A model generated the notes under the pieces. It was not told the origin of the DNA, did not search any database, and saw only the letters and a list, made by a program, of their open reading frames with translations. Made by a program: the position numbers and the translations under genes. A stretch of 64,000 nt of DNA from assembly GCF_025526975.1 (NCBI RefSeq), contig NW_026515668.1, positions 434,001 through 498,000 of the forward strand, written 5' to 3'. This DNA comes from Fimicolochytrium jonesii (taxonomy: Eukaryota). This document shows, piece after piece, positions 50,555-62,260 of this stretch; the stretch's first letter is position 1, and each line of letters opens with the position of its first letter.

Positions 50555-51863
50555 GAAGTGTGACAACATTGCGCACTTACGCCAGTTTTTGCTATCCTCA
50601 AACCGGGATGGTACAGTCGGCTTAAAGCCTTGGGAGCACGTAAATTGCGGAATGGGGCGTTACGACTTGGATCGGAATGCAAAGATGCTCCATGGAAATG
50701 TGTATTGAAGATACAGTTGTTGCGAAGCGAAACTCCATTGTGTCCAACCAGAATCCGAAAGAACAGTTGTCCCATGAAGTGACTAAGAGAACCCCGCAAA
50801 CAAGTGAGAAGGATGGGTCGGAGTCGCATACAGGAGGGACAATCGACAGGCTCCACTTGCGGTGGGTTCAAGTGAAAGGGGGGGACGAGGTGATGAGCTG
50901 TCGCTTGGGCGAGGCTACCGGATCCCATTGCCTTCATTAGCAAACACGACCAAGGAGCCGCTTGACATTTCTCGACAAAAATCCGCGTGCTGGGGGTGGG
51001 TTGGCCGCGACCTCCGGACACCAGCTGTGCTTGTCCCTGCGGTAGCAGCTCCCTGCAGAACAAAAACCTGCCTGTCTGTCGCCAACACGTCGATGCAAAG
51101 GTCATACTCTGGTGAAAACAGACGACGCAAAACCCCAGGAGCAAAAACCGGACCTGCTCTAGGAATTGCTGCAGAACAAGGTCAAGTGACGTGGAAAACT
51201 GCAGAATATGAGGAGTTTTCGACAGCGACGACGGAGAAGCACGTTTTCCCTGTTTTCCTCACTATGCGCGAGAAAAACGCGTTGTCCGGAGGTTGTCTGC
51301 GGTCTGGATTGCGGTGTTTACTCGGCATTTCCTGCGCTGGTTCTTGGTATAAATTCCTCTTTGTAAGACGCCGGATTTTGCGTGCTTCTCATCCGTGGCG
51401 AAGAAGGTTTACCATGGTCTGCGGCTGGGAAAGGGAACTGGTTTTGTCAGGGATACCGTCGGCATCCCTGGGACCGTCAGGGTACTGTCAAGGATCCTCG
51501 ATCCAGCCCGGGAGGCCGGAGGTTGAAGGGCAAAAAGCCTTTGTCTTTTGCGCGCCGACCCCGTATCGGCCCTGTTTGGTACACCAGGACAACAGCACTC
51601 TGGGACGAAAGATATCCGTGACGTTTTCCGCGGGATTCACTACTGGCTCCCCTCGCCTTTTAGACCGGTGCTTGAAGGAGAGTTCGAGGCGCAACCCCGG
51701 GGCATGTTCGTTCTGGAGATTTGAAGCTGGTGGAGCTCTGAAGGTTTTTTGCAGCGAGGCTCGTGCTGCCACAAGAAGAGCAAGAAGGACCCGAACTCGA
51801 CCTGAACAACAAACGCAACCGAAAAAACCGAACAACTTGAGGGCAGACAGCGAAGCACTTGGA

Positions 51864-52958
51864 ATGGAGCAGCGAACCGAGGCCAGTTCCTCCAACAGGT
51901 ACTCGCTCCGGGTCTGGTCCTCCGTCTCTCGGACGCTCTCAAGCTTCAAGACCACCGCTGCAGCATGGGCACCCACCGTTGGCGTACATGCTCAACCGAA
52001 CCGAGGCGAGGTCGCGATCGCAAAAGTCGACAGCGAGGATAGCGGCGGATCCTCGCCCACCATCTCCTCTCGCAGTCGCCGGAAAACAAACTCGTTCACG
52101 GTGGAGCGGAAGCGGAGTATGGAGAACCCTATATGGCCTGTGAAGGAGACTACCAGGCGGCCGAGGAGTACGTGGTGGTCGGGGGTCTGGACACTGCCGG
52201 CGAGCTTGTTGGGCGCTAGCCCGGCGGTTACGCCGTCGAGCACGGTTTCCAGACGAGACGAAACGGCTTCGTGTCCATCGACGAACCGGACGTCGGTGGA
52301 CTTTGCGTCGCTAAAGTACACACGAGAAAGCTTTGTCGACATGTTGTTTGATACCCATCTCTATGAGAAGTTTGTGGCCTTTGCCAAGGTACGTGGGTTT
52401 GCTTGCGAAGGGGAGTCTGGCTTCATAGCATTTACTTATTTACTTTCGTCCATTGTCCAGGCAACGCTATGCACCGAAAATGTCATGTTCTATGAAGCCT
52501 TTGTGCACCTAGAAGTTCTATTAGCGAAATACGTACCTGTCGAAATACAAATGGAAGCGGGCATGACTCGCTGCCTCACCCGGTTCCTGCTCGAGCAGTC
52601 CTCTCGCTCGTCATCCCCAGCCTCCACGAAAGGCAACTCCGTCCCCCGGTCCTCCCTCCCCATCGAAGTTCAACAAGCCATCACGCAGTTCTACCGGACG
52701 TTCATCATGGCCGGCTCCCCATTCGAGGTGAATATCAGCCACGCGATCCGCCAAAACGTGGTAGATAGCCTTCCGGAGATGTTTGCCACTCAGAACATGA
52801 GCGAGAAGGGGATATCATTGTCGGAAAACAACGTTGATTGCGACATACCCGTCACCATTTTTGACGAGGCCGCCGACGAAATTTTGGATTTGCTTTTTCG
52901 GAATACGTTTCACCTATTCGTCACGCAACAATACGAGCCATCTGGCCTCGGGCTATGA
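51864..52958 (+). CDS. RGS-domain protein (regulator of G-protein signalling)
   Basis: YEKFVAFAK|ATLCTENVMFY...FYRTFIMAGSPFEVNISHAIR...IFDEAADEILDLLFRNTF. In-frame 72-nt intron 52389..52460. Start uncertain. Confidence 0.82.
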   Translation: MEQRTEASSSNRYSLRVWSSVSRTLSSFKTTAAAWAPTVGVHAQPNRGEVAIAKVDSEDSGGSSPTISSRSRRKTNSFTVERKRSMENPIWPVKETTRRPRSTWWSGVWTLPASLLGASPAVTPSSTVSRRDETASCPSTNRTSVDFASLKYTRESFVDMLFDTHLYEKFVAFAKVRGFACEGESGFIAFTYLLSSIVQATLCTENVMFYEAFVHLEVLLAKYVPVEIQMEAGMTRCLTRFLLEQSSRSSSPASTKGNSVPRSSLPIEVQQAITQFYRTFIMAGSPFEVNISHAIRQNVVDSLPEMFATQNMSEKGISLSENNVDCDIPVTIFDEAADEILDLLFRNTFHLFVTQQYEPSGLGL

Positions 52959-53678
52959 CGCGAGGCTCTGCATGTGCAGGAAGCCTCCACGATCGACCAC
53001 GCTCTGGCATCCTTCTCGTACCTCCCCGACTACCACCAGCATCCCTTCAAGTGCCATAAAAAGTAATGGGCAACCTACCTTCTTTGCGACAGCCCAGGCG
53101 TAGAACATCCCTGTAATTCTGGACATGGGGTCCTTGCGTATCAGATATCAATAATCCCTTCCCTCCACTATCTATTTTACCACCCACAATTTTTTAGGAC
53201 TAGACATATCCCTCCGATTCTTAGAGTAATTTATTACCCCGGCCCTAAAGATAGACCGTACATGTATTGCTCAAATCCATTTCGTCTCCTTCGTGACCCG
53301 CTGCAGGGTCTCATATACTGCATATATCATTATAAGCTCGGAGAAACGGCAGTGGAATGAGGGTTCTTCCAAAACCATGGTGCGGAGGAGATGATGCACT
53401 GCGCAAGAGACTCGTCAGCCAAGCAACGCGTGCAAAACGTCACTCGCGCGTGAGTGCGAACATGCATCGATTGATTCCTCTTTCCCTTGGACTCCCCGGC
53501 CACTGGACGGAGGCACAGGCACAGAGGGAGCAGACACCGACAAGGCATAAAAGAGACGAGCCCCGCACGACCATACTGTGGCTGCATGTGCATTCCATTC
53601 TGGCCCTCAGTTTCCACCCGATCTCCACTTTCAGCGCCTTTCTCCGTGAAGCACCTCCGTCTCTTCAGCAAGCGCACA

Positions 53679-55934
53679 ATGCCCAGCACAAGAGCCTCCT
53701 CCGCCGCCGGCTCAAGGAAGGTTGCGCCTGCAGACCCCTTCCCAGGCAGATGCAGTGGCGTCCTTCTTCACGTCACCTCGCTCCCTTCAAACCACGGGAT
53801 CGGTGATGTCGGACCCACTGCAATTCGCTTTGTCGACTGGCTGAGCGCGGCTGGACAGTCCATATGGCAGTTCTTGCCTCTGAACCCTCATGGGTATGCT
53901 GGAAGTCCCTATGGGACACCGAGTGCAATGGCTGCCAACCCCGCGATTGTTTCCTTGGAGGTGGGTGCCGAGCGACAGCGAGGAGAATGCGAGCGATAGC
54001 GAGGCTTACTGGGCCGTAAGGACCAGGATATGCTTGAGGTTTCTCCCGACGGCGAAAAGACTGCTTAAGGATGATTCGCGCAAGGGAGCCGCTCGGGGAC
54101 CTGCAGCGAATGCGGACTGCGACGATCGAAGTGGGGCGATCGCCGAGCGAAGCCAGGCGCAGGGATGCTTGAGGCAGGCGAGCTACGAGGCAAGCGGCTT
54201 CGCGAGCGAAGCGAAGCGCGAGCGGAGCGACCCATATTGCGCCAAAGGCGCAATACTCTCTTAACTACGGCTCTTAGGGAGCCTCAGCGAGCGTCAGATC
54301 TTTTGCGAGCGAAGCGAGAACCAGATTGCGCCAAGGCGCAAGATTCCCCTCACTCACGCATCGTTATAACCATCGAACCATCCAGCCATCGTGAAGATGG
54401 TTGATGGTTGATGGGCCTGTGGGTTGATTGGTCGGCGTTTTTTTCGAACACGTCATTGACCATCTTGCATTCCACGATCTTACAGCCTTTGATAGAAGAA
54501 GGTCTTTTGACTGCCGTGGATGTCAAGGAACTGGAAACCCTTCCGAGAGGCAAAGTAGACTATGACCGCGTCACACCGCTCAAGCGCCAAGCCCTCCGTC
54601 TCGCCCGGGACCGGTTCCGATCCACCACGAGCCCGTTTCCCAAACACCACGAATGGCTAGGGAAGCTGGAACAGTTCATCGCCAACGAAGGCGCGGCCTG
54701 GCTCAACGACTATGCCCTCTTTGCAGCCCTCCACGAGAAACACAACGCGTGCTGGATCGATTGGCCTGCCGAACTTCGCGATCGTAAGCCTGCCGCCCTA
54801 GCAAAGGCGCAGGAAGAGCTTTACGACGAGATCGATGAGCATATCTTCACTCAGTTCCTCTTCGACATGCAGTGGGCGCAAGTGCGCCGTCATGCGAAAG
54901 AGAAGGGCGTCCGCTTGGTCGGCGACATCCCGATATTTGTCGCGTATGACTCTGCCGACGTCTGGTCCCATCGCAAACTCTTCAAGCTTGATGCGCAGGG
55001 CAAGCAGACCGTTCAAGCTGGGGTGCCGCCGGACTATTTCAGCGAGACGGGGCAGTTGTGGGGAAATCCCGTATATGACTGGGCTGCGATTGCGACCGAG
55101 GGCTACAAATGGTGGACGCTGCGATTCTCTCGCACACTGGCTTTAGCGGACATCATCCGTATCGACCACTTTCGTGGATTTGAAGCTGCCTGGGAGGTTC
55201 CCGCGTCCCATAAAACAGCTATGAACGGAACATGGGTCAAAGGCCCCGGCGCTAAGGTGTTCCGTGCGGTTGACAAAGCACTCGGATACCGCACACCCGT
55301 TATTGCAGAAGACTTGGGTCTCATTACGCAATCCGTCCACGACTTGCGCGATGAGTTGGGATACCCCGGCATGAAGGTGCTGCAGTTTGCGTGGGGTGGG
55401 GATAGCTATGACGCGACCAACGACCATTTACCGCACAACCTCAAGACGTCCCGGTGCGTCTACTACACGGGCACGCACGATAACGATACCGTCCGTGGAT
55501 GGGCCGATTCAGCTACCGATGCACAGCGCGCGGCTGTCCTGAGATACCTCGGCAGAGATGCTTCGAAAAGCGCCGTCGCTGATGGAAAACGAAAACGTGA
55601 AGAGGACGGCGACGCAGCTTCCGCTATTCCCGCCGCCAAAAAACCCGACAACACGACCGCCAACGGCCCATCGTCTCTTACCGAAAAGGCCGTTACGAAT
55701 GCCATCCCCACTGTCTCATGGGATTTCATCCACCTCGCACTCGCCTCCGTCGCCGACATCGCGATCGTTCAACTGCAAGATGTACTGGATCTTGGCACCG
55801 AGGCGCGCATGAATACGCCTGCGACGGCGGATGGGAATTGGTCGTGGCGTGTGGACGAGGCTGCTGTAACGAAAGAAATTGGGGAGAAGCTGAGGGGTGT
55901 TACGGAGGTGTTTGGACGGGTTAGGGAGGTCTGA
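53679..55934 (+). CDS. malQ: 4-alpha-glucanotransferase / amylomaltase (GH77), bacterial type, one intron
   Basis: SGVLLHVTSLP, GIGDVG, WQFLPLNP, SPY; LVGDIPIFVAYDSADVW; GVPPDYFSETGQLWGNP; catalytic RIDHFRGF, IAEDLG and GTHDND; RMNTP..GNWSWR. Phase-0 intron 53961..54485. Confidence 0.95.
53966..54445 (+). mobile_element. Mini-hairpin-rich interspersed repeat, copy 2 (fills most of the malQ intron)
   Basis: GATCTTTTGCGAGCGAAGCGAG at 54297-54318; TTGCGCCAA(A)GGCGCAA hairpin twice; many GCGAAGC/GCGGAGC; CCATC/GATGG inverted arrays followed by a T-run. Boundaries approximate. Confidence 0.75.
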
Positions 55935-56098
55935 ACGGGTTAGGCTTGGTTCTGTATAAACATGAGATGTATGGTGGAATAGCGCTTGAAGAAGTGAGGC
56001 ATACGCAATACGCATATAAGAGATTCATGCAAATGCGGTCTATCTACTAAGGGCGCTACAGTATACATATTCACTACATACGAATATACAGGGTCACT

Positions 56099-59000
56099 CT
56101 ACGCAGCCTCGACAGGCCTAGTAGCAATCACCAACAACTCATCCAGCGCCGTGCGCAGAACATCATACGGGCCTGACTCGAGCTCCTCCACAGAGAACCC
56201 CGTCGCCACAACCGCCTTCTGGCCACTCCTGTTTTGAATCGTCAAGGATTCCTTCGGACACGCAAAAAACGCCTTAAGCACCTCCGTGACGACATGGAAG
56301 GTTCTCACGGCCTGTTTCTCGGATTTGGACAGGTGCCGTTTAAGCTGGTCGCGGTGCGGGTCGGAGGGTTTGATTCGGGTTTTGGGTTGGGTTTGAACGA
56401 AGGCGGATGGGGTGGGGAGCGGTGGGGCGGCGGAGATGTTGGTGGTGGATTTTTGGGGTTTGCGGAAGGCCGTCATTCCGCGTTTGGGTGCGCCTGGTTC
56501 TGAGGCTGGAGTTCCGTCTGATGATGTTGAAGTGTCGTCTGTAGCCTGGGCAAGTGAGCTTCCGCGTGGGGCAAAGACAGGACGGCCCCCTGGTTGTGTT
56601 ACCGGTGCCGGCGCCGGCGCCGGTGCGGGTGCCGGTGCCGGAGGTGGCACCTCAGGGGCTGGAGCAGCGTTAGCTTTCTCCGCCACCAGTCCTTTTCCCT
56701 CAACCGTGCCGTAAGCCGAGATAATTGCATGGATCAACGTGACGAGCTCATGCCAGAGCACTTTATTGAGCGTAGTGGGATGCGCCAGCAACTCTGCCTC
56801 CTCTTCGACGTCTTCATCCTCCTCGCTATCGGACCCTTCCGCGTGATTATCAGACCGGCGTGGGCTCGATTTGGCCATGGTCCGTACTTCCTCCTCCCGT
56901 CTCGCCGATCGTGTCTGCTTCCTGCGAACGGCACTGTCGTGACCACCTTTTGGCTTTTGCCCATTCGACGATGATGTGCTCTTCCATTTAGTTTGCTCTG
57001 GTTTGCTTATACCGTTGAACGAGGCTAACAAAGCGGAGGAGGAGCCGGCGGACGCCGACGCTGACAGGGCCGGGAAGCGGGCAACTAGGAAGTGCTCGCT
57101 CAAGTGTCGGTCGACCGTCTCGTTGAAAAGACCGCAGGTGTCATCCAAATACTCGAGGAAAGGTTGAAGAGACTTGAGAACAGCGGGCACCGTGGGAATA
57201 GCGTCAGAGGCGCCTGCGGAGGCTTTATTTCCGCTGGAAGATAGATATAGGGGTATTCCGAAGAGAGATTTTACGGTGCTCGTGGTATTGGAAGACAGAA
57301 TGGTGCCAAACGTCGACCTGGCTACCCTAATCATCTGTGTGGCAGGAGGGGTAAGTATAATGGCCACGGGGGATGCGAGCCATGCCGCAATGTACGCACC
57401 TGTTCAGCGCAAACACGGATAATATCTTCCAGCACATACTTAACACCTTCCTCAGCCTTCCGCACCCACCACTCAATATCATCAATCTCACCATGCCGCA
57501 ACACCCTCACGTTTAAAGTCCCATGCGGCTTCAACTGCAGTTCCAAGTCGTGACTCAAAAAGTCCTCAAACTTCGAATCACGCAGGAAGATGCTGACCGG
57601 CTCCGTGCAAACATCATCTTTCCCAATAACATCATGATCGTAGACGGTGATATCCAAAAAGGACTCATTGTCACGCAGCGAGTTGGGAACGAAGAGCTCG
57701 AAGGTCTGGTTCCAGGCGGGGTTGAGCGTTTTGGGAATCACACGCGTCCGATGCAGTTCGGTGCCTGCGTGCTCTAGTACGGCATATGGATCGGATGTGG
57801 CTGCTGGCCAGTCGCACGCGGGCAGGTTGGAGGCGCGGCTGATGGTTACGGAGAAAACCGATTTGTCCCCATCCGGTTCGAACCTTTCAGCGGTCCGGCT
57901 GATGTTTTTCCGATTTATGTTCCGTCGTCGACCGACTGGAGGGGATGAGATATATACCGATCGAGGGTTGTCCCCTGAGGGCAGCCGCGCCAGAATGTCA
58001 TCGAGCTTGCACAACGCGGCCACGACGTTGTTGAGCTTTATGCACGACTGCGGTGTGAACTGAAACGGTTTATCGGAGTTTTCATTGTCGATCTTGTGGA
58101 AATCGGTCCACATCATCAGTGCGTACTCCTGTAACGATTTGCTCATCATCTTCACGAAATCTTTGACCAGGCGATCCTTTTTCGTGGACTCTTTCCAGTC
58201 GAGCTTGTCGATGAAGTCCAATCCCCCATAGAAACACGTAAACAGATCCATCACAGACGTCGAGTGCATCGACAGCGGCGGCATGTACGGCTCGTACTTT
58301 TCCATATCCACTGCAGACTTCGCCCATTCCAGCCACTTCTGGTCCGTCAGCGCCAGCCATTGACTGATGAACGGAGCGAACCACGATTCTACATCGAAGT
58401 TTCGCACGAGAGGTAACTCGGATTCCTCGGACACGTCTTTCAGGAGTTTCACGGCCTGGTACAGATCTAGCATCTCCCCGATGGCAAAGTCATCCTTCAG
58501 GGAGAATCGCATATTCTCCATTTCGAGCAGGAAATACTTCAAACATGTTTCTGCAGCGATCAAGACGATGTTGAGTTCGAAGATGGGGTCGCGGAAGTAT
58601 AAGCGGTAGTTGGTGATGTCGCTGTTGACGGCTTTCACTGATATGGTGAGCCGAATGATCTCGCGCGGTAAGCTGGCGACCCGTTCACTGCATGCGCGGT
58701 ATCGGGCATTTATAGCTTCCTAAAACGAATTGCCACCGTTCTTCAGAAACTAGTAATCTGAAAGGAGACGGGTAACCAGTTCCAACTTACGAGAAGCTCC
58801 TCTCTGACCAACTCCTCCAACCTTCCAGGTGTACCCCATTCAGGATGCTCGCTCAACCAAGCTTTATCCTCGCGCAGCGTTGACAGAATAAGAGCAATCA
58901 GCTGCATAGTGCTGTTGCAGCTTTCCGGGGTCTTTTCCTTCCACCCCAGCATACTTGCAAAGTTGCGTAACTTCTCATGCAACCCGTCACTCAGTCTACT

Positions 59001-60479
59001 CAGGATCGAGATGTAGTACATTTTGTCTTCCACTCTCCAGGCCCGTACGTTGTTGGCGGCTTTCGATATTTGCTTGAATTTGGGAAACAGATCATCTTCG
59101 ATAATTTGTCCAGTACGGTAAAACGACAGCATCAGGTCGAACAAAGCGACATCGCGGTATTCCTTCGACAAGCGCCACCGGAAGGCGCATTCCGACAGCA
59201 GCGCGATGGATGATTTGGATAGGCCAATGGACCCATCGTCCCGCGCCGTATTCTGCATGTCATGCCTGAGACAGGTTTCCAGCAATACACTGTAGCACAG
59301 CCGTGGATTCGCCGGATCTACGCCGCCACCTACCCTCGATCCGCCGGCGGTGGAGAGCTTGGCAGCGTTCGGGAATCTTTGCATGAACGTCTGCAAAATC
59401 ACTTGTAGCAATTGTGTCTCTCTGTGCTTCCACGCCTCGTATGCTTCCCTGTACTGGAAATCTGAAGGTCGCGAACCCGGACACTCGTTCTTTATGATTG
59501 AGTCCAGGTGAGCTTTGAGACTGGCAAAGGTGGATCTTTCGTTGCATGTTCGTCGGACGTCAGCAATGACTCGCTGATGCTCATCCTTCGTGACTTCAAA
59601 CACCACACGAGCCCAGTCTGCGAGATTCGATTCCAAGCTGTTTCCGCTGATGGGCGTATGTTTAATGAACGACTTGAGCACCACCCGAAGCTGCGCCTGA
59701 TCTTTCAGTATCGGACAATTCATAACGGTCGACCGAGGTTCAGCTTTCTGAATAGCTTCCCGCAACACGGCCAGAAACAACTCGGACGTTAGCAAGAGAT
59801 AATTGTCGTGATCCTCAGGCGACAGGCCCGCATCCAGTTCCTTGTGGATGTAGGCCCCCAAGACCAGAATCAGATCCCTCACATCTGCGAAAAGGGCAAG
59901 ATTGCTCGAATCGTGCATTCGCTCCCTCAACATCCGACTCCCCGCTTTTGCAAACGTCCGTGTGCGAGGATCTTTCATAGCCGACAGAAAGATTTCAACC
60001 CGAGCTTGCAGAAGTTTTCGGAATGTCTTGAGGGTTGCTGCTCCCAATTGGATGGTGTCTCCCTTCTCGACGCTTCCGGCTTGGGTCACAGCGTTGGCCG
60101 GGAGATATCCGGTGGCTAGAAGTACCGCATTGAAATGGCTCGAAGGCTTCGACCCGCTTTCTACGGCTCCGCTTCCGGTCCCAGGACTGCCCGCAGTGTT
60201 CGGCGATTTCGCAGCACCCTTATCCACACCGGCGTCAAGCACCGGCATCAGACAGCATCGTAGTGTCTCGATGTAGACGAATCTGTCGGGGTGTGTCGCA
60301 TCGCTTGGGGCGCTCTGAGCTGGTTGCTTCGCATACTCCGGAGTAGACCCACGTGATGCTCCTTGAGAAAGCTGTTTGTGTCGTAGTAGTGGGCTCTCGT
60401 TGGAAACGCTATCTGACTGCGACCCTTGCTTCGGACGGCGCCTGATCGTCCGTTGCTGGACAGGCAGACCGCGGGACAT
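56099..60479 (-). CDS. C2-domain Munc13-homology protein (Ync13/Git1/YOR296W-like)
   Basis: LLSECAFRWRL; FDVESWFAPFISQWL...HSTSVMDLF (MHD1-like); CIKLNN; C2 domain TSDPYAVL...RTRVIPKTLNPAWNQTFE...VYDHDVIGKDD; VLKAFF. Introns 58720..58790 and 57335..57399. Confidence 0.82.
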
Positions 60480-60845
60480 TCACTTTGTTTTTGGTGTCCA
60501 GCTGATATGTAAAGAAGGAGTAATATCCTGAGAAGTAGGAGAGAGCTTTGGCGGACTGCCGATAGTAGGTTCGATGGAGGATGGGTTATATTTGGCTGTC
60601 TGCCTGTCTGTCCGCAATTTGCAGTTTGTCCTTCAACGGACCGAGAATTATTCATGAAAATGAAGACGGCCGCAGACCGCTCACATCACGCGTGCGCGGT
60701 TCAGCGGTTCCCACAAACGTCAAAGCTTCCAAGTGCACTCAAAGCTTCACAGTGCTCTCAACTCTTGCATAGATCGAATCTCGCAACTCAACACTAATGA
60801 TGATAATCTATATATGCAATGGAAAGTACGGTCACAATGCCTTCT

Positions 60846-62009
60846 CTACCCAAAAAGCTTCGACAGGACTGCGGCCTTCTTGCGAGAGGGCGCGGCTCCT
60901 TGACTCTTGGCGTCAGAATCCACCACCTTTCGCTGCTTGAACTGCCGGCGAACAGCCTTTGTTGCGTCCTGCGACAGACCCGCTGACGCTGCCCCCGTCT
61001 CTGGCCCATCTCCCGCTTCAGCCTCCGCCTTCCGCTTCTTGTCACGCTTCCTCTCCTCAATCGCCTCCACCATCTTCGCCCTTTCGACATTCTTCACATA
61101 TTCCTTCGTCTCCTTCTTCGCCTGCGCCATCTCCGTCTTCAATCGCTGCTCCCGAACCTTGAGCTCATATGCAATCTGCTCGGTCAAGTGGTTCCACTTG
61201 AACTTTGGCAGGTACTTCATGTTCCACAGATCATCGTAGTAGAAGCTCCGCTTCTTCCCACCGATCTGCTTCCCGTTCAGATGCTCCGCCACCCGCCTCC
61301 CAACCTTTTTGTCCAGAAACTCCACCCATCCCTCCGTATAGTTCTGTCGCTTGTTCTTCCTGTACTTCTTCCGTCGGGCGGTAATCTTCGGGTCCTCCGG
61401 TGCAAGGTAGATGCGACCAAGCGCGCCGTACCTTGCCAGGAGCTGCCGTAACTTCACAGGTCGCATGAAGGGAGGTATTCGGGACAGGTACACCACACCT
61501 GTGGCTTGTTGCTTCTCCTGGAACTTGGCCAACGCCTTCGCTGTCAGAGGTTTGGCATTTGCTAACGGCTTGGATATCAGCGCGTGGGGATCGGAAATAT
61601 CGTTGTCGTTGGGTGACCCTCCCAGCGGCGAGTCCTCCTCTTCGTCGCTGTCGCTTTCGTTCTCGCTATGTTGGTCGTCGTCTGCTTCGGGTTGTGACGA
61701 TTTCGGGCCAGCCGTCGCTGTGCCTTTCTTCCTCAGGTACGCGCCTTCAGCTTCGTCCTCGTCTTCATATTCGCCTATCGGTAGTTCATCGTCCGAATCC
61801 TCTGAATCGACTTCTACCCATTCGTTATCGGCGGGCTGCTTCGAGATGTCTGCTGTCTCCTGTTCGGCTGCTTCGTCCTCGGAAAGAGGAGCGAATGTGG
61901 GCTTCACAACTTTTTCCTCCCCCGTCACTTCGGTGGTCTTATTCGTTCGGAGTCGGGAGTTGGACGCCTTTCCATTCCCTACTCCTTTTCCGGTTTGCTT
62001 CTTCACCAT
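60846..62009 (-). CDS. ESF2: Pre-rRNA-processing protein Esf2/ABT1, intronless
   Basis: TGVVYLSRIPPFMRPVKLRQLL...YTEGWVEF...IGGKKRSFYYDDLWNMKYLPKFKWNHLTEQIAYE. Confidence 0.95.
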   Translation of the reverse strand: MVKKQTGKGVGNGKASNSRLRTNKTTEVTGEEKVVKPTFAPLSEDEAAEQETADISKQPADNEWVEVDSEDSDDELPIGEYEDEDEAEGAYLRKKGTATAGPKSSQPEADDDQHSENESDSDEEEDSPLGGSPNDNDISDPHALISKPLANAKPLTAKALAKFQEKQQATGVVYLSRIPPFMRPVKLRQLLARYGALGRIYLAPEDPKITARRKKYRKNKRQNYTEGWVEFLDKKVGRRVAEHLNGKQIGGKKRSFYYDDLWNMKYLPKFKWNHLTEQIAYELKVREQRLKTEMAQAKKETKEYVKNVERAKMVEAIEERKRDKKRKAEAEAGDGPETGAASAGLSQDATKAVRRQFKQRKVVDSDAKSQGAAPSRKKAAVLSKLFG

Positions 62010-62260
62010 GGTGGACTTCACAGTAGTGCTTACTGTGGGCGAAAATGGCTTTGAAGTGACTGTCCAAATGTCAAAATGGGAGTGTGTAGGGAAAGCTACC
62101 GTGCACGTGACCCAGCGGGTAGCCCTCGCGACACTTTGTGAAGCTTCGGCATTTGACGATTTGACATCCCAGGCCCATCACCCTCTCAGAGAGCCACGTC
62201 GGTATCACTCGCCAGCTTTCCAGCTTGCTACCCAGCTCCTCAGTGTCTCTCAGTACCAGC

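Noticed and set aside
50862..51863. Long in-frame extension upstream of the RGS gene (698-aa ORF call)
   Set aside because: Non-ATG start and promoter/UTR-like composition; treated as a chance open frame, though an upstream ATG cannot be excluded.
56600..56645. GC-rich hexamer repeat
   Set aside because: Encodes a Pro-Ala linker within the C2/Munc13-like CDS; not an independent element.
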